From NCBI RefSeq assembly GCF_964213995.1, contig NW_027590210.1, positions 248,001 through 312,000 of the forward strand: 64,000 bases of DNA. The letters run 5' to 3'. Origin of the DNA: Mustelus asterias. Lineage: Eukaryota. Position numbers and translations under genes: made by a program. Shown here in pieces: positions 1-10,731 of this stretch. The first letter of the stretch is position 1. The number at the start of each line of letters is the position of its first letter. A model generated the notes under the pieces. The model was not told the DNA's origin and did not search any database. It was given only the letters and a program-made list of their open reading frames with translations.

Positions 1-125
1 CCCATCCCTAGTTGCCCTTGGAGGGCAGTTGAGAGTCAACCACATTGCTGTGGCTCTGGAGTCACATGTAGACCAGACCAGGTCAGGATGGCAGATTTCC
101 TTCCCGAAAGGACATTAGTCAAACG
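1..125. mobile_element. Fragment of an interspersed repeat interrupting V segment 1
   Basis: GTTGAGAGTCAACCACATTGCTGTGG...GGCAGATTTCCTTCCC..AAGGACATTAGT resembles, from memory, a common elasmobranch repeat; V homology stops abruptly at about 137. Family not assigned. Confidence 0.55.
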
Positions 126-136
126 TAATATACACA

Positions 137-484
137 CAGCAGAGAACTTGTCAGGGAAATCTGCAGACCTTTCTCCCTTCCCCGTGCTGTATTTTTTCAG
201 TAAATATCTCGGAGCTTCCCCGGGATGTTGAATGTACCAGAAGAGAGTCTCGCCAGTCGTGTATTTTGTTGTGTAGTTGCAGTTCAATATTACCGTCTGT
301 CCTTCCTGGACCGTTAATTCGAGCAGGTCCTGGAAAACTGAATCTTGGCCATTGGTTCCTGTAACAACATATAGAATGTGTGAGAAATCTGTGAGTAAAT
401 ATCACCCATGCACACTGGGGATTTGAGCTCAGACTCACCGGGCAGCATGACCATTATTATCAGTAAAGCACACAGGGAACACAT
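137..484 (-). pseudogene. TRAV: TCR alpha/delta V segment 1 (family A), interrupted in FR3
   Basis: Leader exon 484-439 (MCSLCALLIIMVMLP, GTGAG donor). V exon from 358 after CAG: GTNGQDSVFQDLLELTVQEGQTVILNCNYTTKYTTGETLFWYIQHPGEAPRYLLKKYSTGKGERSADFPDKFSA. Similarity to V3 then ends; no second Cys or RSS within the window. Confidence 0.88.
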
Positions 485-616
485 GGTTCCTGATTGGAAA
501 GTTAGCAGCGACACTGTTTGAAATATGTTGTTGTTTCCAGTCTTGTGTCACAGAGTCAACTCAGATCAGAGGCAACTGCAATTATTGGGAAACTGGGGGG
601 CGTTTCTCAGTTTTGT

Positions 617-658
617 GATTGGCGAGCCTCCCTGAGATGACGTTAGCTTTGGACCAAT
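617..658 (-). promoter_or_regulatory. V1 promoter module: CCAAT, CRE-like TGACGTTA, inverted CCAAT
   Basis: Plus-strand GATTGG 617-622, TGACGTTA 638-645, CCAAT 654-658, about 135-175 bp upstream of the ATG; same order and spacing at V3. Confidence 0.55.
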
Positions 659-1367
659 CACTGTTTGCTGACGACGAAGTGCAGCTGGCTTTCCCCAATC
701 AAATTGTAGCCCAGGCTGAGTGCGTCTTTCTCACCCTCTTGCTCTCTGTCACATTCTCAGTCATTCTGTCTCTTTCTCTGTTTAACTAGCTTTCTTTCCA
801 ACTCAATGTCGGTATATTTCTTTAGGTAGATCTTTTCAATCAAGGTGAAAAATGGAACAGATAATTTGAAATCTGTCTGATGCACAGGTAATTAGTGTTC
901 AGGGTATGAGGATAATTAATAGACACCGTTCTAAGTACACCGGGAAAACGTAATTACCCAACTCTGCATTGAGATGCGGTTCCACTGGGAAAGCACTCAT
1001 TTCAGTCAGTCAATATTTTTAACCCAGCAACTTCAACATGTGACAACTCTAAACCTGCCTTTAGATATTTGATCACTTTTGAAAGGTGCAGACAGTTAAC
1101 TGATCTGGAACATTTAAAGGATAGATTGATGACGTTGTTCACCTGGTAGATCTGCGGATTTGTGTGAATGGTATCGAGGAATGATTGGAATTGATCTGGT
1201 ATAAACAAGTAAATATATGCCAAATTTTCCAACAGTGACAATCATTTACCTCAGTGAGCGAAAACACTCAGATGGGGCTGTATTGTCACGTATTATGGGT
1301 ACATTTTCTCTGATTTTTAACCCCATGTGTTGTCCTGACAATGAACCATTGATTTTCGACCTGCGCC

Positions 1368-1406
1368 AGTTTTTATATGAGGCCAGCGGGAGCCTCATTC
1401 ACTCTG
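1368..1406 (-). other. 23-RSS of V2, defective heptamer
   Basis: Heptamer CAGAGTG (invariant CAC lost), 23-nt spacer, nonamer ATAAAAACT. Confidence 0.85.
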
Positions 1407-1860
1407 GGTCTCAGTGCACAGTAATACACGGCGCTGTCTGTCACCTTCTAATCTTTCATAGACAAGTGAAAAGTGCTTTGTTTCAGGTTGAGATTCCCGT
1501 TCAAGTGTTCAAGTCCAGGAGCCGTCTCGGTAAACAAATAACTCGCGGCTCTGAGCAGCTGCTGAGGAGCTCGGTGTGGATACTGGCGATACCAGAACAG
1601 GTGATGTTGTAGAGCTGAACTCGATACCGAGTACCTGCAGGGCATTGCTGAATCTTCACCCTCTCCTGGTTCTGACTGGGGGCACTGAGTCTCCGTTACT
1701 CATCTCTGAAAATAGAAAACAGACACGCAGCGGGTTGGAAGGAGTAACGCCTCCAGATGGAAATGAGGAATGAATATGGTGATTGAGGATTTCACGCAGA
1801 AGTTCAAAATGACAGACCTGTAATCAGGACAATAACCGGAGTCACAGAGTTTCACCCCAT
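1407..1860 (-). pseudogene. TRAV: TCR alpha/delta V segment 2 (family B), decayed
   Basis: Leader 1860-1818 has TGA at codon 3. V exon 1705-1407 has a frameshifting deletion in FR1 relative to V4 and a TAG after LSMKD, but keeps PCRYS, LFWYRQYP and DSAVYYCALR. Confidence 0.9.
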
Positions 1861-2050
1861 GGTTCGAGTCTGAACACCAGAAACAGAGAGACTGATGTCT
1901 GTCTGCATCAGACCTGCAATTGGAGAAGTTGAAACAATCAGGGGGATGTTATGAGGTCGAAGGTGACTCCCTCTCTCCGTCCATTTTTACATCTTCAAAC
2001 AGATACTTCCTTTAGAAGAGGATGGTGATCTTTTTATAAGTGATCAGAGA

Positions 2051-2064
2051 GCGCCCTCCTGTGG
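2051..2064 (-). promoter_or_regulatory. CTCF-like motif upstream of V2
   Basis: Minus strand CCACAGGAGGGCGC versus consensus CCASYAGRKGGCRS; conserved at the same position upstream of V4. Confidence 0.55.
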
Positions 2065-2472
2065 ACAGCACAGCCGCATATCGGAAGCAGGTTCACACAA
2101 GGCCAACGGCAAAGATTTACACATATAGAGATCAGAGAATCATAGAATCATAGAACCCCTACAGAAGGAAGCCATTCGGCCCAGCGTTTTATCATCACCT
2201 TTGTTGGGGAATAAATGTGATCAGGGTAACTGAATACATTACCAATCGAGGAAAAACAATTAAAAGGGAAGATGTTTTATCTCAGTATCTCGAGCATGCT
2301 GGGCATTGTGCAACTTGGGAAGTTACCAGTTAAGAAAGTTGCCGCTATGATGAATGTGTAAAAACTAACAGACAGCAGTCTCGCCGAGCTGGTGCTGGAT
2401 CTGAACTCAGTGAGTTCAAACTGTTTTAGTTCAGAGTTCAGAAGATGGTGAGTAATATCCGGCCTCACTGGC

Positions 2473-2589
2473 GATTGGTTCATTCCTGACAAAGAGCCAG
2501 CAGGAGGCACCCAATCAGCTCACAGCTTCTCTGTCCTACGTTTCATCCAATCAGCTCAGAGAGTCTTTGTTCTCCAATGCATGACGTCA
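2473..2589. promoter_or_regulatory. Cluster of four CCAAT boxes plus palindromic CRE
   Basis: GATTGG 2473, CCAATCAGCT 2511 and 2547, CCAAT 2574, TGACGTCA 2582-2589. Confidence 0.4.
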
Positions 2590-2967
2590 GAGCGAGGAGC
2601 CGGAACCATTAGAATCTGTTCTCAGACAATGAACTGGACTCGAAGAAGCGGAACGACCGAATGGTGATGTCGCTCTTTGACAAAGTGAGGGCATGGAAAC
2701 GAATATTGGTCATTTTCCGGAGTTCATCTTTGAGATAAGACGCAGATGGATCTTGGTTAACGTTGTGGCAACAGCGGCAGAGTTTTCCATTGGAAGAGTT
2801 GCTCCAAACAGCTATAAAAATGGAATTTATATAGAATGGCACATTCAGCACCATGGAAAGAGAGCATTCGGCCTAACTCTTCTTTATAATATTGTTTGTT
2901 TATATTAACAGTTCACAATCCAGTTCACAGATCCGATTCAGTGAGAGGAGGTGAGAGTGCCTTTGCC

Positions 2968-3006
2968 GGTTTTTGTACGGGCTGACTGTGTCTCTGTAGC
3001 AGTGTG
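2968..3006 (-). other. 23-RSS of V3
   Basis: Heptamer CACACTG (3006-3000), 23-nt spacer, consensus nonamer ACAAAAACC (2976-2968). Confidence 0.93.
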
Positions 3007-3444
3007 GGACTCAGCGCACAGTGATACACGGCAGAGTCAGAGACACGGACCCCAGTGATATTTAAAGGAACTGTTTTCTTGTCCTTGTCCAAATCAGCAG
3101 AAAACCGGTCAGGGAAATCTGGAGACTTTTCTCCGCCACCCGTGCTATATTTCTGCAGTAAATATCTCGGAGCTTCCCCGGGATACTGGATGTACCAGAA
3201 GAGATTTGGCAAAGCATCTGTTGTTGTGTAATTACAATTCACTGTTACGTTCAATCCTTCCTGAACCGTGAGTTCAGGCGCATCCTGGGAAACTGAATCT
3301 TGGCCATTGGTTCCTGTAACAACATATAGAACGTGTGAGAAATCTGTGAGTGAATATAACCCATGAAACACACACTGAGGATTTGAGCTCAGACTCACCG
3401 GGCAGCGTGGCCATTATTATCAGTAAAGCACACAGGGAACACAT
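3007..3444 (-). CDS. TRAV: TCR alpha/delta V segment 3 (family A), apparently functional; leader exon 3444-3399, V exon 3313-3007
   Basis: MCSLCALLIIMATLP/GTNGQDSVSQDAPELTVQEGLNVTVNCNYTTTDALPNLFWYIQYPGEAPRYLLQKYSTGGGEKSPDFPDRFSADLDKDKKTVPLNITGVRVSDSAVYHCALSP. Phase-1 GT-AG intron, both V-domain Cys and the Trp present, followed by a 23-RSS. Alpha versus delta usage cannot be decided from sequence. Confidence 0.93.
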
Positions 3445-3576
3445 GGTTCCTGATAGGACAGTAAGCAGCGACAATGTTTACAATAAGTTGCTGCCTCTAG
3501 TCTTATATCACAGAGTCAACTCAGATCAGAGGCAGCTTCTATTATTAGGAAACTGGGAGGCGTTTCTCAGTGCTGC

Positions 3577-3618
3577 GATTGGCTCATCTCCCTGAGCTGA
3601 CGTTAGCTGTGAACCAAT
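3577..3618 (-). promoter_or_regulatory. V3 promoter module: CCAAT, CRE-like TGACGTTA, inverted CCAAT
   Basis: GATTGG 3577, TGACGTTA 3598, CCAAT 3614; paralogous to 617-658. Confidence 0.55.
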
Positions 3619-3851
3619 CACGGTTAGTTAATGATTTAATATAGCTGGCTGTTTCCAGTCACATTCCTTCCCTGACTGTAAACGCATTTCTAACTTATTT
3701 GCGCTCTCTCTGCTCTCTCTCCCACATAATCAGTTATTCTGTCTCACTAACTGGTTAACTCGCTTTCCTCCGAACTCACTCCATAAACCTTTCCGAAGGC
3801 AGATCCTTATTTCTAATTCAGGTGAAAAGTGAAATTAATTTAATCATTTGT

Positions 3852-4165
3852 GGGCGAAACGGTGGCACAGTGGTTAGCATTGCTGCCTCACAGTCCCAGG
3901 GACAGGGGTTCGATTCCAGCCTCGGGTCACTGCCTCTGTGGAGTTTGCACTTTCTGCCGGTATCTGCGTGAGGTTCCTCCGGGTGCTCCAGTTTCCTCTC
4001 ACAGTCCTCAGGTGTGCAGGTGTGCTGAATTGGCCATTTAAAATTACCCCTTAGTGTCGGTGCCTTAGCAGAGTAAAGTTGTGGGGTTACGGGGTCGGGA
4101 CTGGGTGGGATTGTTGACGGTACAGGCTCGTTGGCCCCATTCTGCACTGTAGGGATTCTATGATT
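3852..4165 (+). mobile_element. tRNA-derived SINE (HE1-like)
   Basis: A box GGTGGCACAGTGGTTAGC, B box GGTTCGATTCC, tail CTGTAGGGATTCTATGATT; absent from the paralogous site upstream of V1 (about 860). Confidence 0.85.
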
Positions 4166-4282
4166 AACAGCAGCCTAATTTACAGGTAGTAATGAGTGAT
4201 ATCCATAAATAATAGTTAGCGCTGTAAGTATACCGGGGATAAGGAGCCACCCAACTCTGCACCAGGAAATATTTCACGGGCT

Positions 4283-4790
4283 CATAACATAGAAACTAGA
4301 AGCAGGAGCCTTCTCCGCCATTCATCGTAATCATGGCTGATCATCGAATTCAATATTCTGGTTCCCCTTTCCCCTCTCCCATATCCCTCCACCCCTTTAG
4401 CCCCAAGAGCTACTGCAAATTTCCTCTTGAAATCAGACAATGTTTTGGCCTCAACTACATTCGGTGGAACTGAATTCCATACATTCAACACTCTCTGTGT
4501 GAAGGAATTTCCCTTCACCTCAGTTTACCCCTTATCTTCAAAAGACGACCCCTAGTTCTGGACTCCCCCCCACCATTGGGAACATTCTTCCGAATGTACC
4601 CTGTCTAATCCTGTTAGAATTTGAAAAGTTTCTATGAGATTCCCTTTCACTCTTCGAAACTCCAGTCAATATAATCCTAACGGATTTATTCTCTCCTCAT
4701 TTGACAGACCTGCCATCCCAGGAATCAGCCTGGTAAACCTTCGCAGTGACCGTTCCATAGCAGGAATATCATTCCTCAAGTAAAGCTCTG
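4283..4790 (-). mobile_element. CR1-like LINE 3' fragment
   Basis: ORF 4282..4518 NSFTQRVLNVWNSVP...FKRKF is the CR1 ORF2 C-terminus; tail ends TTCTATGTTATG. Confidence 0.85.
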
Positions 4791-5157
4791 ATTTCAATCA
4801 GTTATTATTTCTGTTCCAGGAACATTAAAACGGGACATTTCTGAAGCTGCATTTGATAATAGATCATTTTAAAAATGTGTCGCCTGACAGATAGGCACCT
4901 AATCAAGAATTCTTCTGAGTACAGATTAAGGAAGTTAGTTACCCGGAGTAATCTACAGGTTTTTGCGGATGGGATCGGGGAAGGATTGGGTTTGATCCGG
5001 GAATAATACGACGGCAAATGTGACATTTCACATCACCGACAATGGCTGAGCTCAGTGGGGGAATATCGTTCAGCTGGGGTTATATTGTCGCCTTCATTTT
5101 CTGTGCATTTTCGTTGAGTTTTTCCTGATCCCGAAGCCTCGATTGTCGGCTTGGGGC

Positions 5158-5196
5158 AGTTTTTGTATGGGATCCATGGGAGCCTCATTCACGGTG
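5158..5196 (-). other. 23-RSS of V4
   Basis: Heptamer CACCGTG, 23-nt spacer, nonamer ACAAAAACT. Confidence 0.9.
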
Positions 5197-5667
5197 ACTC
5201 TCAGTGCACACTAATACACGGCGCTGTCTGTCATCTTCAAATCTTTCATGGACAAGTGAAAAGTGCTTTGTGTCTGGTTGAGATTCCCGCTGAAGTGTCC
5301 AAAGCCGGGAGCCGTATCGGTAAACCCATAACTATCGGCTCTGAGCAGATACTGAGGACTTTGGTGTGGATACTGGCGATACCAGAACAGGTCATGTTGT
5401 ACAGCTGAACTCGGCACAGAGTAACTGCAGGGTATTGCAGAATCTTCACCCTCTGCTGCTTCAACTCTTGATCCTGAGTGAGACATTGAGTCTCCATTAC
5501 TCATCTCTGAAAATAAACAGCGGACGCACAGTGGGTTAGGAGTCAGAGGAAGACGATAGTCACACAGAGTTGGGAAGGGGAAATTGCACAAGGTTTGCGA
5601 TATACTTTTCAATCTGTGACCAGAATCACTGACCTGGGATCAGTGCAATAACTAGAATCAGGAACAT
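5197..5667 (-). pseudogene. TRAV: TCR alpha/delta V segment 4 (family B), single nonsense codon; leader 5667-5634, V exon 5506-5197
   Basis: MFLILVIALIP/EMSNGDSMSHSGSRVEAAEGEDSAIPCSYSVPSSAVQHDLFWYRQYPHQSPQYLLRADSYGFTDTAPGFGHFSGNLNQTQSTFHLSMKDLKMTDSAVY*CALR; TAG at 5213-5211 where V2 has TAC. Confidence 0.9.
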
Positions 5668-5868
5668 TTTCACCCCCAGCGTTCCAGTCTGAGCTCCAGA
5701 AACGGAAACAATGATCTCTGTCTGTACCGGACCTGGAATGTGAGAAGTTGAAAGAGTCAGCAAGGTGTAATGCGATTGGCTGGGATCTACTCCCCCCGCC
5801 CATTTTTATATCTGCAAATAGTCACTCTCCGAAGAAGGCGACTCTGGTGTTTGGTAAGCGATCAGAGA

Positions 5869-5882
5869 GCGCCCTCCCGTGG
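5869..5882 (-). promoter_or_regulatory. CTCF-like motif upstream of V4
   Basis: Minus strand CCACGGGAGGGCGC, about 200 bp upstream of the ATG. Confidence 0.5.
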
Positions 5883-6149
5883 ACAGTACAACCGCATTCG
5901 AACAGATGGAGAATCAAAAGCCCAGGTATATCCACGCCGAGAAATACAAAGCCCCAGAAATACCCAGTGCAGCTACAACACGGACACGAGGAACAATTCA
6001 CACCGTGAATTAGGGTTTTAAAGGTTTCAATGACGTTATTTCTGAATTTTCGAAACTCAAATGGATACAAACCCCAAATCACTATTCTTTCCGCTTCCAC
6101 AGATACACGTACCCAGTAGCAAACCTACTCTGAACGTTTTCTAACGCAT

Positions 6150-6580
6150 TACCAACATTCTTTAGATAAGGAGATACGTATTGTGCACAATACTCCAGGT
6201 GTGGTCTCACCAATGCCCCGTACAACGGAAACACATCCTTCATATTATATAATCGACTCACTCGTAGTGAATGATAACATTTTCTGACGTTTCTAATTAA
6301 TTACGATACCTGTACATTAGCCCCTTTCGATTCGTGCCCCGGGACAGCCCAATCCCTCTGTACCTCAGAACGTTGTGATCTCTCACCATTTAGATACTGA
6401 GCGTATTTTATATTGATCATGCTAAAATGAACATTTTCACGTTTGTCCACATTATAATCAATTTGGCGGGGCTTTGCAAATTCATTTTATCTATTTATTT
6501 CACTTTATCGCCTCCTTACATCCACTTCACCACTTATTTTCCTACCTAACTTTGTGTTGTCAGCAAATTTAGCATCCATA
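6150..6580 (-). mobile_element. Old degenerate CR1-like fragment
   Basis: TGCACAATACTCCAGGTGTGGTCTCACCAATGCC and TTGTCAGCAAATTT are reverse complements of the LVRPHLEYCAQ and KFAD-type RT motifs. Confidence 0.7.
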
Positions 6581-6582
6581 TC

Positions 6583-6812
6583 TGCTCTGTAAGATATTAC
6601 AATGTATTCTAACAATTAATCCAGTTCTCCCGGATTACTATTCTGTGACACATCATGTGTAATCCAAGAATTAATCCAGTTCTCCGAGATTTCTGCTCTG
6701 TAATATTTAACTTTGTAATCCAACAATTAAAGCAGTTTTCTCCTACATTACTGCTCTGTATCATTTCACTGTGCAATCCAGCAATTCATCCTGTCCTCCT
6801 GGATTATGGCTC
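6583..6812. repeat. Degenerate tandem repeat, about 56-bp period, 4 copies
   Basis: TGTAATCCAACAATTAATCCAGTTCTCC-like cores near 6611, 6666, 6722 and 6780. Confidence 0.7.
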
Positions 6813-6877
6813 CCGAACGTATCCATGCGTTATGGAACCCGCTCCTGATACAGTTAACACAAAAACACGGTGAGGGA

Positions 6878-6891
6878 GCTCCCTCTGGTGG
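6878..6891 (-). promoter_or_regulatory. Strong CTCF-like motif
   Basis: Minus strand CCACCAGAGGGAGC, close to consensus and co-oriented with the other two. Confidence 0.6.
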
Positions 6892-7745
6892 TGATGTGAG
6901 GTAAATGGCCTCTTCTTGAGAGATCAGTGAATTCTCAGATTACTGAAGGATCTTGTTGCAGGATTATGCTGCTGTACTTCTTTCTTTTTCTTACTATTCT
7001 CATTATAATATACTTAAATTCAGGAGGACCCATGCACGGAATTAATACGAGCATCAGTTTGAATCCTCATCAATTAATTGCTTTACCTGTTTTGAGTGTT
7101 CCAGGCCTTTCTGTTAAACTATACTCGTGTTACAACATTTGAAACCACAGCAATACTGATAAGATTCGAACTCTTGATAAAGCTCTCTCCACACATCGAA
7201 AGGATGTAAATTTCACTCCTAACTCCCATTTATCTGACAGACTGCCGGATTTTAGTGTACCTGCTTCAATTTTAAACTTTTCTCATTATGGTAACTATCA
7301 GATGTCCTCTAATGGGGGCTTGGAGAATTTATTGAAATGGGAGACTGGCAGAAATTGCATGGTCCACATTCTACACTTTCCTGGAAAACGGTTGAGGGGG
7401 AGAGGGGATCTGAGACACAGAGAGAGGAGACAGGCACTAGTGGACAAAATATTGAGAGTGCAGGATGGTCATTGAGGCGAACAGAGAACCGGAGGCGCAG
7501 AGAAAGACAGGCAGGAGCAGACAGAGAAATAGTCAGATAAAGTAATTGGGCTACAACCAATGTTGTTCGATAGCCAGTTCTTGACAACACTGAGCAACAA
7601 GCCAATCCTGTCATTGGGTAACGCCTCTTAGTCTCCCAATAAATGAGGACAGCCCATGATATCAAATTACTTCTTCACATCAGAGTACAAGAGCTGAAAT
7701 AATTTTACAATTCTGCTGATTTTGTGGAATACGGAAGCAGGAAGC

Positions 7746-7986
7746 ATGTTCTCCCAATGTTCTTTACTAATACTGTTGGTTTTGATACCCGGTGAGTTTG
7801 TGTTTAAATAATCACTGTCTGTTCCCAGCGTTCTCCACCAGATATTTAATAGATTCTGCAATTTGTTGCAGGAACCAATGGCAAAGATGAAGTGTCCCAA
7901 GATCCGCCTGAATTAACGGTTCAGGATCGACAGTCCATAACACTGCCCTGCAGTTACTCGACAGCTGGTGCTGCGACTCTCTTCTG
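7746..7986 (+). pseudogene. TRAV: Inverted TCR alpha/delta V segment 5 (family A-related), truncated at conserved Trp
   Basis: Leader 7746-7791 MFSQCSLLILLVLIP with GTGAG donor; V exon from 7872 GTNGKDEVSQDPPELTVQDRQSITLPCSYSTAGAATLF then TG, then minisatellite. No FR2/FR3 or RSS seen. Confidence 0.9.
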
Positions 7987-8372
7987 TTCCCCCCCCCGCT
8001 TGTTCCCCCCCCCCGCTTGTTCCCCCCCCCCGCTTGTTCCCCCCCCCGCTTGTTCCCCCCCCCCGCTTGTTCCCCCCCCCCCCGCTTGTTCCCCCCCCCG
8101 CTTGTTCCCCCCCCCCGCTTGTTCCCCCCCCCCCGCTTGTTCCCCCCCCCGATTGCCCGCCCCCCGATTGCCCGCCCCCCGGTTGCCCGCCCCCCGATTG
8201 CCCGCCCCCCGGTTGCCCGCCCCCCGGTTGCCCGCCCCCCGATTGCCCGCCCCCCGGTTGCCCGCCCCCCGGTTGCCCGCCCCCCGGTTGCCCGCCCCCC
8301 GGTTGCCCGCCCCCCGGTTGCCCGCCCCCCGATTGCCCGCCCCCCGATTGCCCGCCCCCGATTGCCGCCCCC
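7985..8372. repeat. C-rich minisatellites (GCTTGTT plus C8-12)n then 15-bp (CCCCCCGRTTGCCCG)n
   Basis: Directly visible; explains all Pro- or Gly-rich ORFs at 7812-8715. Confidence 0.95.
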
Positions 8373-9950
8373 AATCACTCTCTCAGGAACTCACCGCCAT
8401 AGCCCTCTGAGCCACTCCCAATCCTTCTCAACCCGCTGCCCTCAATCTCCACTAATTCCCCCCCAAAACTCCCCTTTCCCCCACCTGATTCCCTGTCCCT
8501 CTGCCCGATCTGCTTTAATCCGACTCTGTAAGCACCCCCTCCCCCTGCTCAATCTCTCTGACACCCACTGCCAATCTGACTCTCAGCCCCCTGAATCCTC
8601 CAAGTTCCTGCCCCAAATCCTCAGCCCCCCCCCCCCAAAGGCTCCCTTTGCCCCCCCTGCCAAAATCAAGCCACCCAATCCTTCCTCAGTCCTCCCCACC
8701 CCTGAATCCCTCTGAGTCACCCCCCCGCTCCGAATCGCTCGGCACCCCCCCAATTCTAACCCTGATGCAAGGCCCCACCCTAAATCCCTCTCTGAATTTC
8801 CCCCCTCCCAAATCCCTATAAATCCACCCCGCCCTCAATCCCTTTCCCTCCACCCCGACTCGCCCCCCCCCGCTAACTCCCTCTGACTCCCTACCCCATC
8901 CAGACCCTCCCCAGATTCTAAGCCCCTGAGATTCCTCTGGAATCCCCCCTGAATGTCTCCCGAGATCGCACCCACCCTCGCCACATTCCTCTGCCCCCGA
9001 ATCCTGCTCCCTCTCCAATCCCACCCCTTCTATCTGTCTGAGCACCAAACCATGTCTTTTAATCCCCGTAAACCCCCCAATCCCTCCTGTATCCCTCAGA
9101 ACCCCAGAAATCCCCCTCTGAGCCCCCTCTTCCCAAATCCCCCTCAATTCCCCCCGATTCCCTCCCTCTCAGCCCCGCTAAATCCCAAAGTCCCCATGAG
9201 ACCCTTAAATCCCCCTGAATCCCTCTAATTCCCGACCACAATCCCTGAGTCTACCCCTACATCCCTCTACACTCTCCCCCTTTAATCCCCCTCAATCCCC
9301 CCCCCACTCCAGCCAAATCTGTCATCCCTCCTCACAATCCCTCTAAATCTCCCGATCCTTCCCTCTGAGCCCCGTATCCCTCTAAGTTCCCCTCTTTCCC
9401 CCCCCGCCCCTCTCAACCTGGCAAATTCCCACTCCCTCCCTGTGAACAGCCTCTGGACTGACAGATCCCCCCCTTTCTAATTAGTACCCCCCCCCCCTCC
9501 GCGCATCCATCCCCGTCCACCACCCCCCTGTAAACAGCTCCTGGTGGAGTTGGATGTGGAAACTCTGCCCATTTTAAACATTAACGTTCTAATGACTCAT
9601 TCCCTTGACACTGAGCAGCCTGTGTTATAACATCCCCCACCCCCATCCTGTACAACAGACCCCCTGTCTGATTCCCCCTCCCCCCTCCTCCATTGCCCCC
9701 TTTCTCTGATAACGCCTGACTCTGGTCAGCCTGTGTTATAATATTCCCCCCTCTTGTACAACAGCCTCCCCCACCGGCCCCTTCCCTCTCTGTCTAATAG
9801 CCCCCGGCTCTGAACAAGCCCCTGTATTACACACTCCCCCCTTTCAGCAGTGCTGAATCCCTCTGAATTGCCCCCGATTCCCTCCCTCTGCGTTCCTGGG
9901 CCCTTGCTGCTTGTGAACAGCAAAACCCGTGATCTGGCCCGTTCCCCCAC
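8373..9950. repeat. C-rich low-complexity tract
   Basis: Extreme C-over-G skew with recurrent AATCCC(C/T) and CCCTCT words. Confidence 0.8.
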
Positions 9951-10560
9951 GAGAGAGCAGAGAGAGAGAGAGATATAAGAAGACAGAGATAGAGAGAATG
10001 CTGCTGTAATTCAGACAGAGTGATTCACAGAGAGGGGGAAGCAGAGATCAGAGAGATGGAGATGGGGAGGATGCGACTGTAATTCAGACTGATTCACAGA
10101 GAAGGAAGCAGAGATCAGAGAGAGGGGGAAGCAGATAGAGAGAGGGGGAAGCAGATAGAGAGAGAGATAAGAGACAAATAAAAGCAGAGTTAAAGTTAAA
10201 ATTTTATTTGTTAATCACAAGTAGGCTTACATTAACACTGCAATGAAGTTATTGTGAAAAGATATAGAGATGGGGAGTGAGAGAGAATGCTGCTGGACTT
10301 CAGACAGAATGAGTCACAGAGAGGGAGCAGAGATAGACAGAGGGGGGAGCAGAGAGATAGAGAGAGAGACGGAGAGGAGGCTGCTGCTGTGATTGAGATA
10401 AAATGATCCACAGAGAGAGAGATGTCCAGAGAGGCTGAGATACAAAGTGAGATGTCGAGATAAATAGAAAGTGGGGCTTTGGCAAGACAGAGTGACAAAG
10501 TTTCAGAGAGTGAAAGATAGAGAGAAGGAGAGAAAAAGGGAAAGATGCTGCCATTGTGAG
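9951..10560. repeat. GA-rich low-complexity tract with an embedded SINE tail (minus, about 10190-10258)
   Basis: (GA)n and AGAT words; TTTATTTG..CACAAGTAGGCTTACATTAACACTGCAATGAAGTT is the reverse complement of the tail at 21110-21170. Confidence 0.75.
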
Positions 10561-10731
10561 AGGCTGAGGTATAAAGGATGGGGAGAGACCGGGATTGGAA
10601 AGATGTGGAGAAACAGTTCTGAGGATGGGGGAGTTGCACAGACAGAGCTTCAGGGAGAGGGATTGAAATCTGTGGGATTACATTGGAGCAGGGATCACTG
10701 GGAATACCCCCTCCCCCTGACACACAGACCA

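Noticed and set aside
1377-1398. 7-bp inverted repeat ATGAGGC/GCCTCAT in the V2 RSS spacer
   Set aside because: Not preserved in the paralogous V4 spacer; likely chance.
3860-3925. tRNA gene
   Set aside because: A and B boxes belong to a SINE head.
6858-6872. ACAAAAACA overlapping CACGGTG (RSS-like words)
   Set aside because: Wrong order and no 12- or 23-nt spacer.
137-7986. NAR-TCR or IgH-like V segments
   Set aside because: All V segments have their own leaders and TCR alpha/delta-type motifs; no D, J or C segments seen.
7812-8715. Pro-rich and Gly/Arg-rich ORFs, including an apparent V-proline-rich fusion
   Set aside because: Translations of the C-rich minisatellite in all frames; the V part lacks most of the domain.
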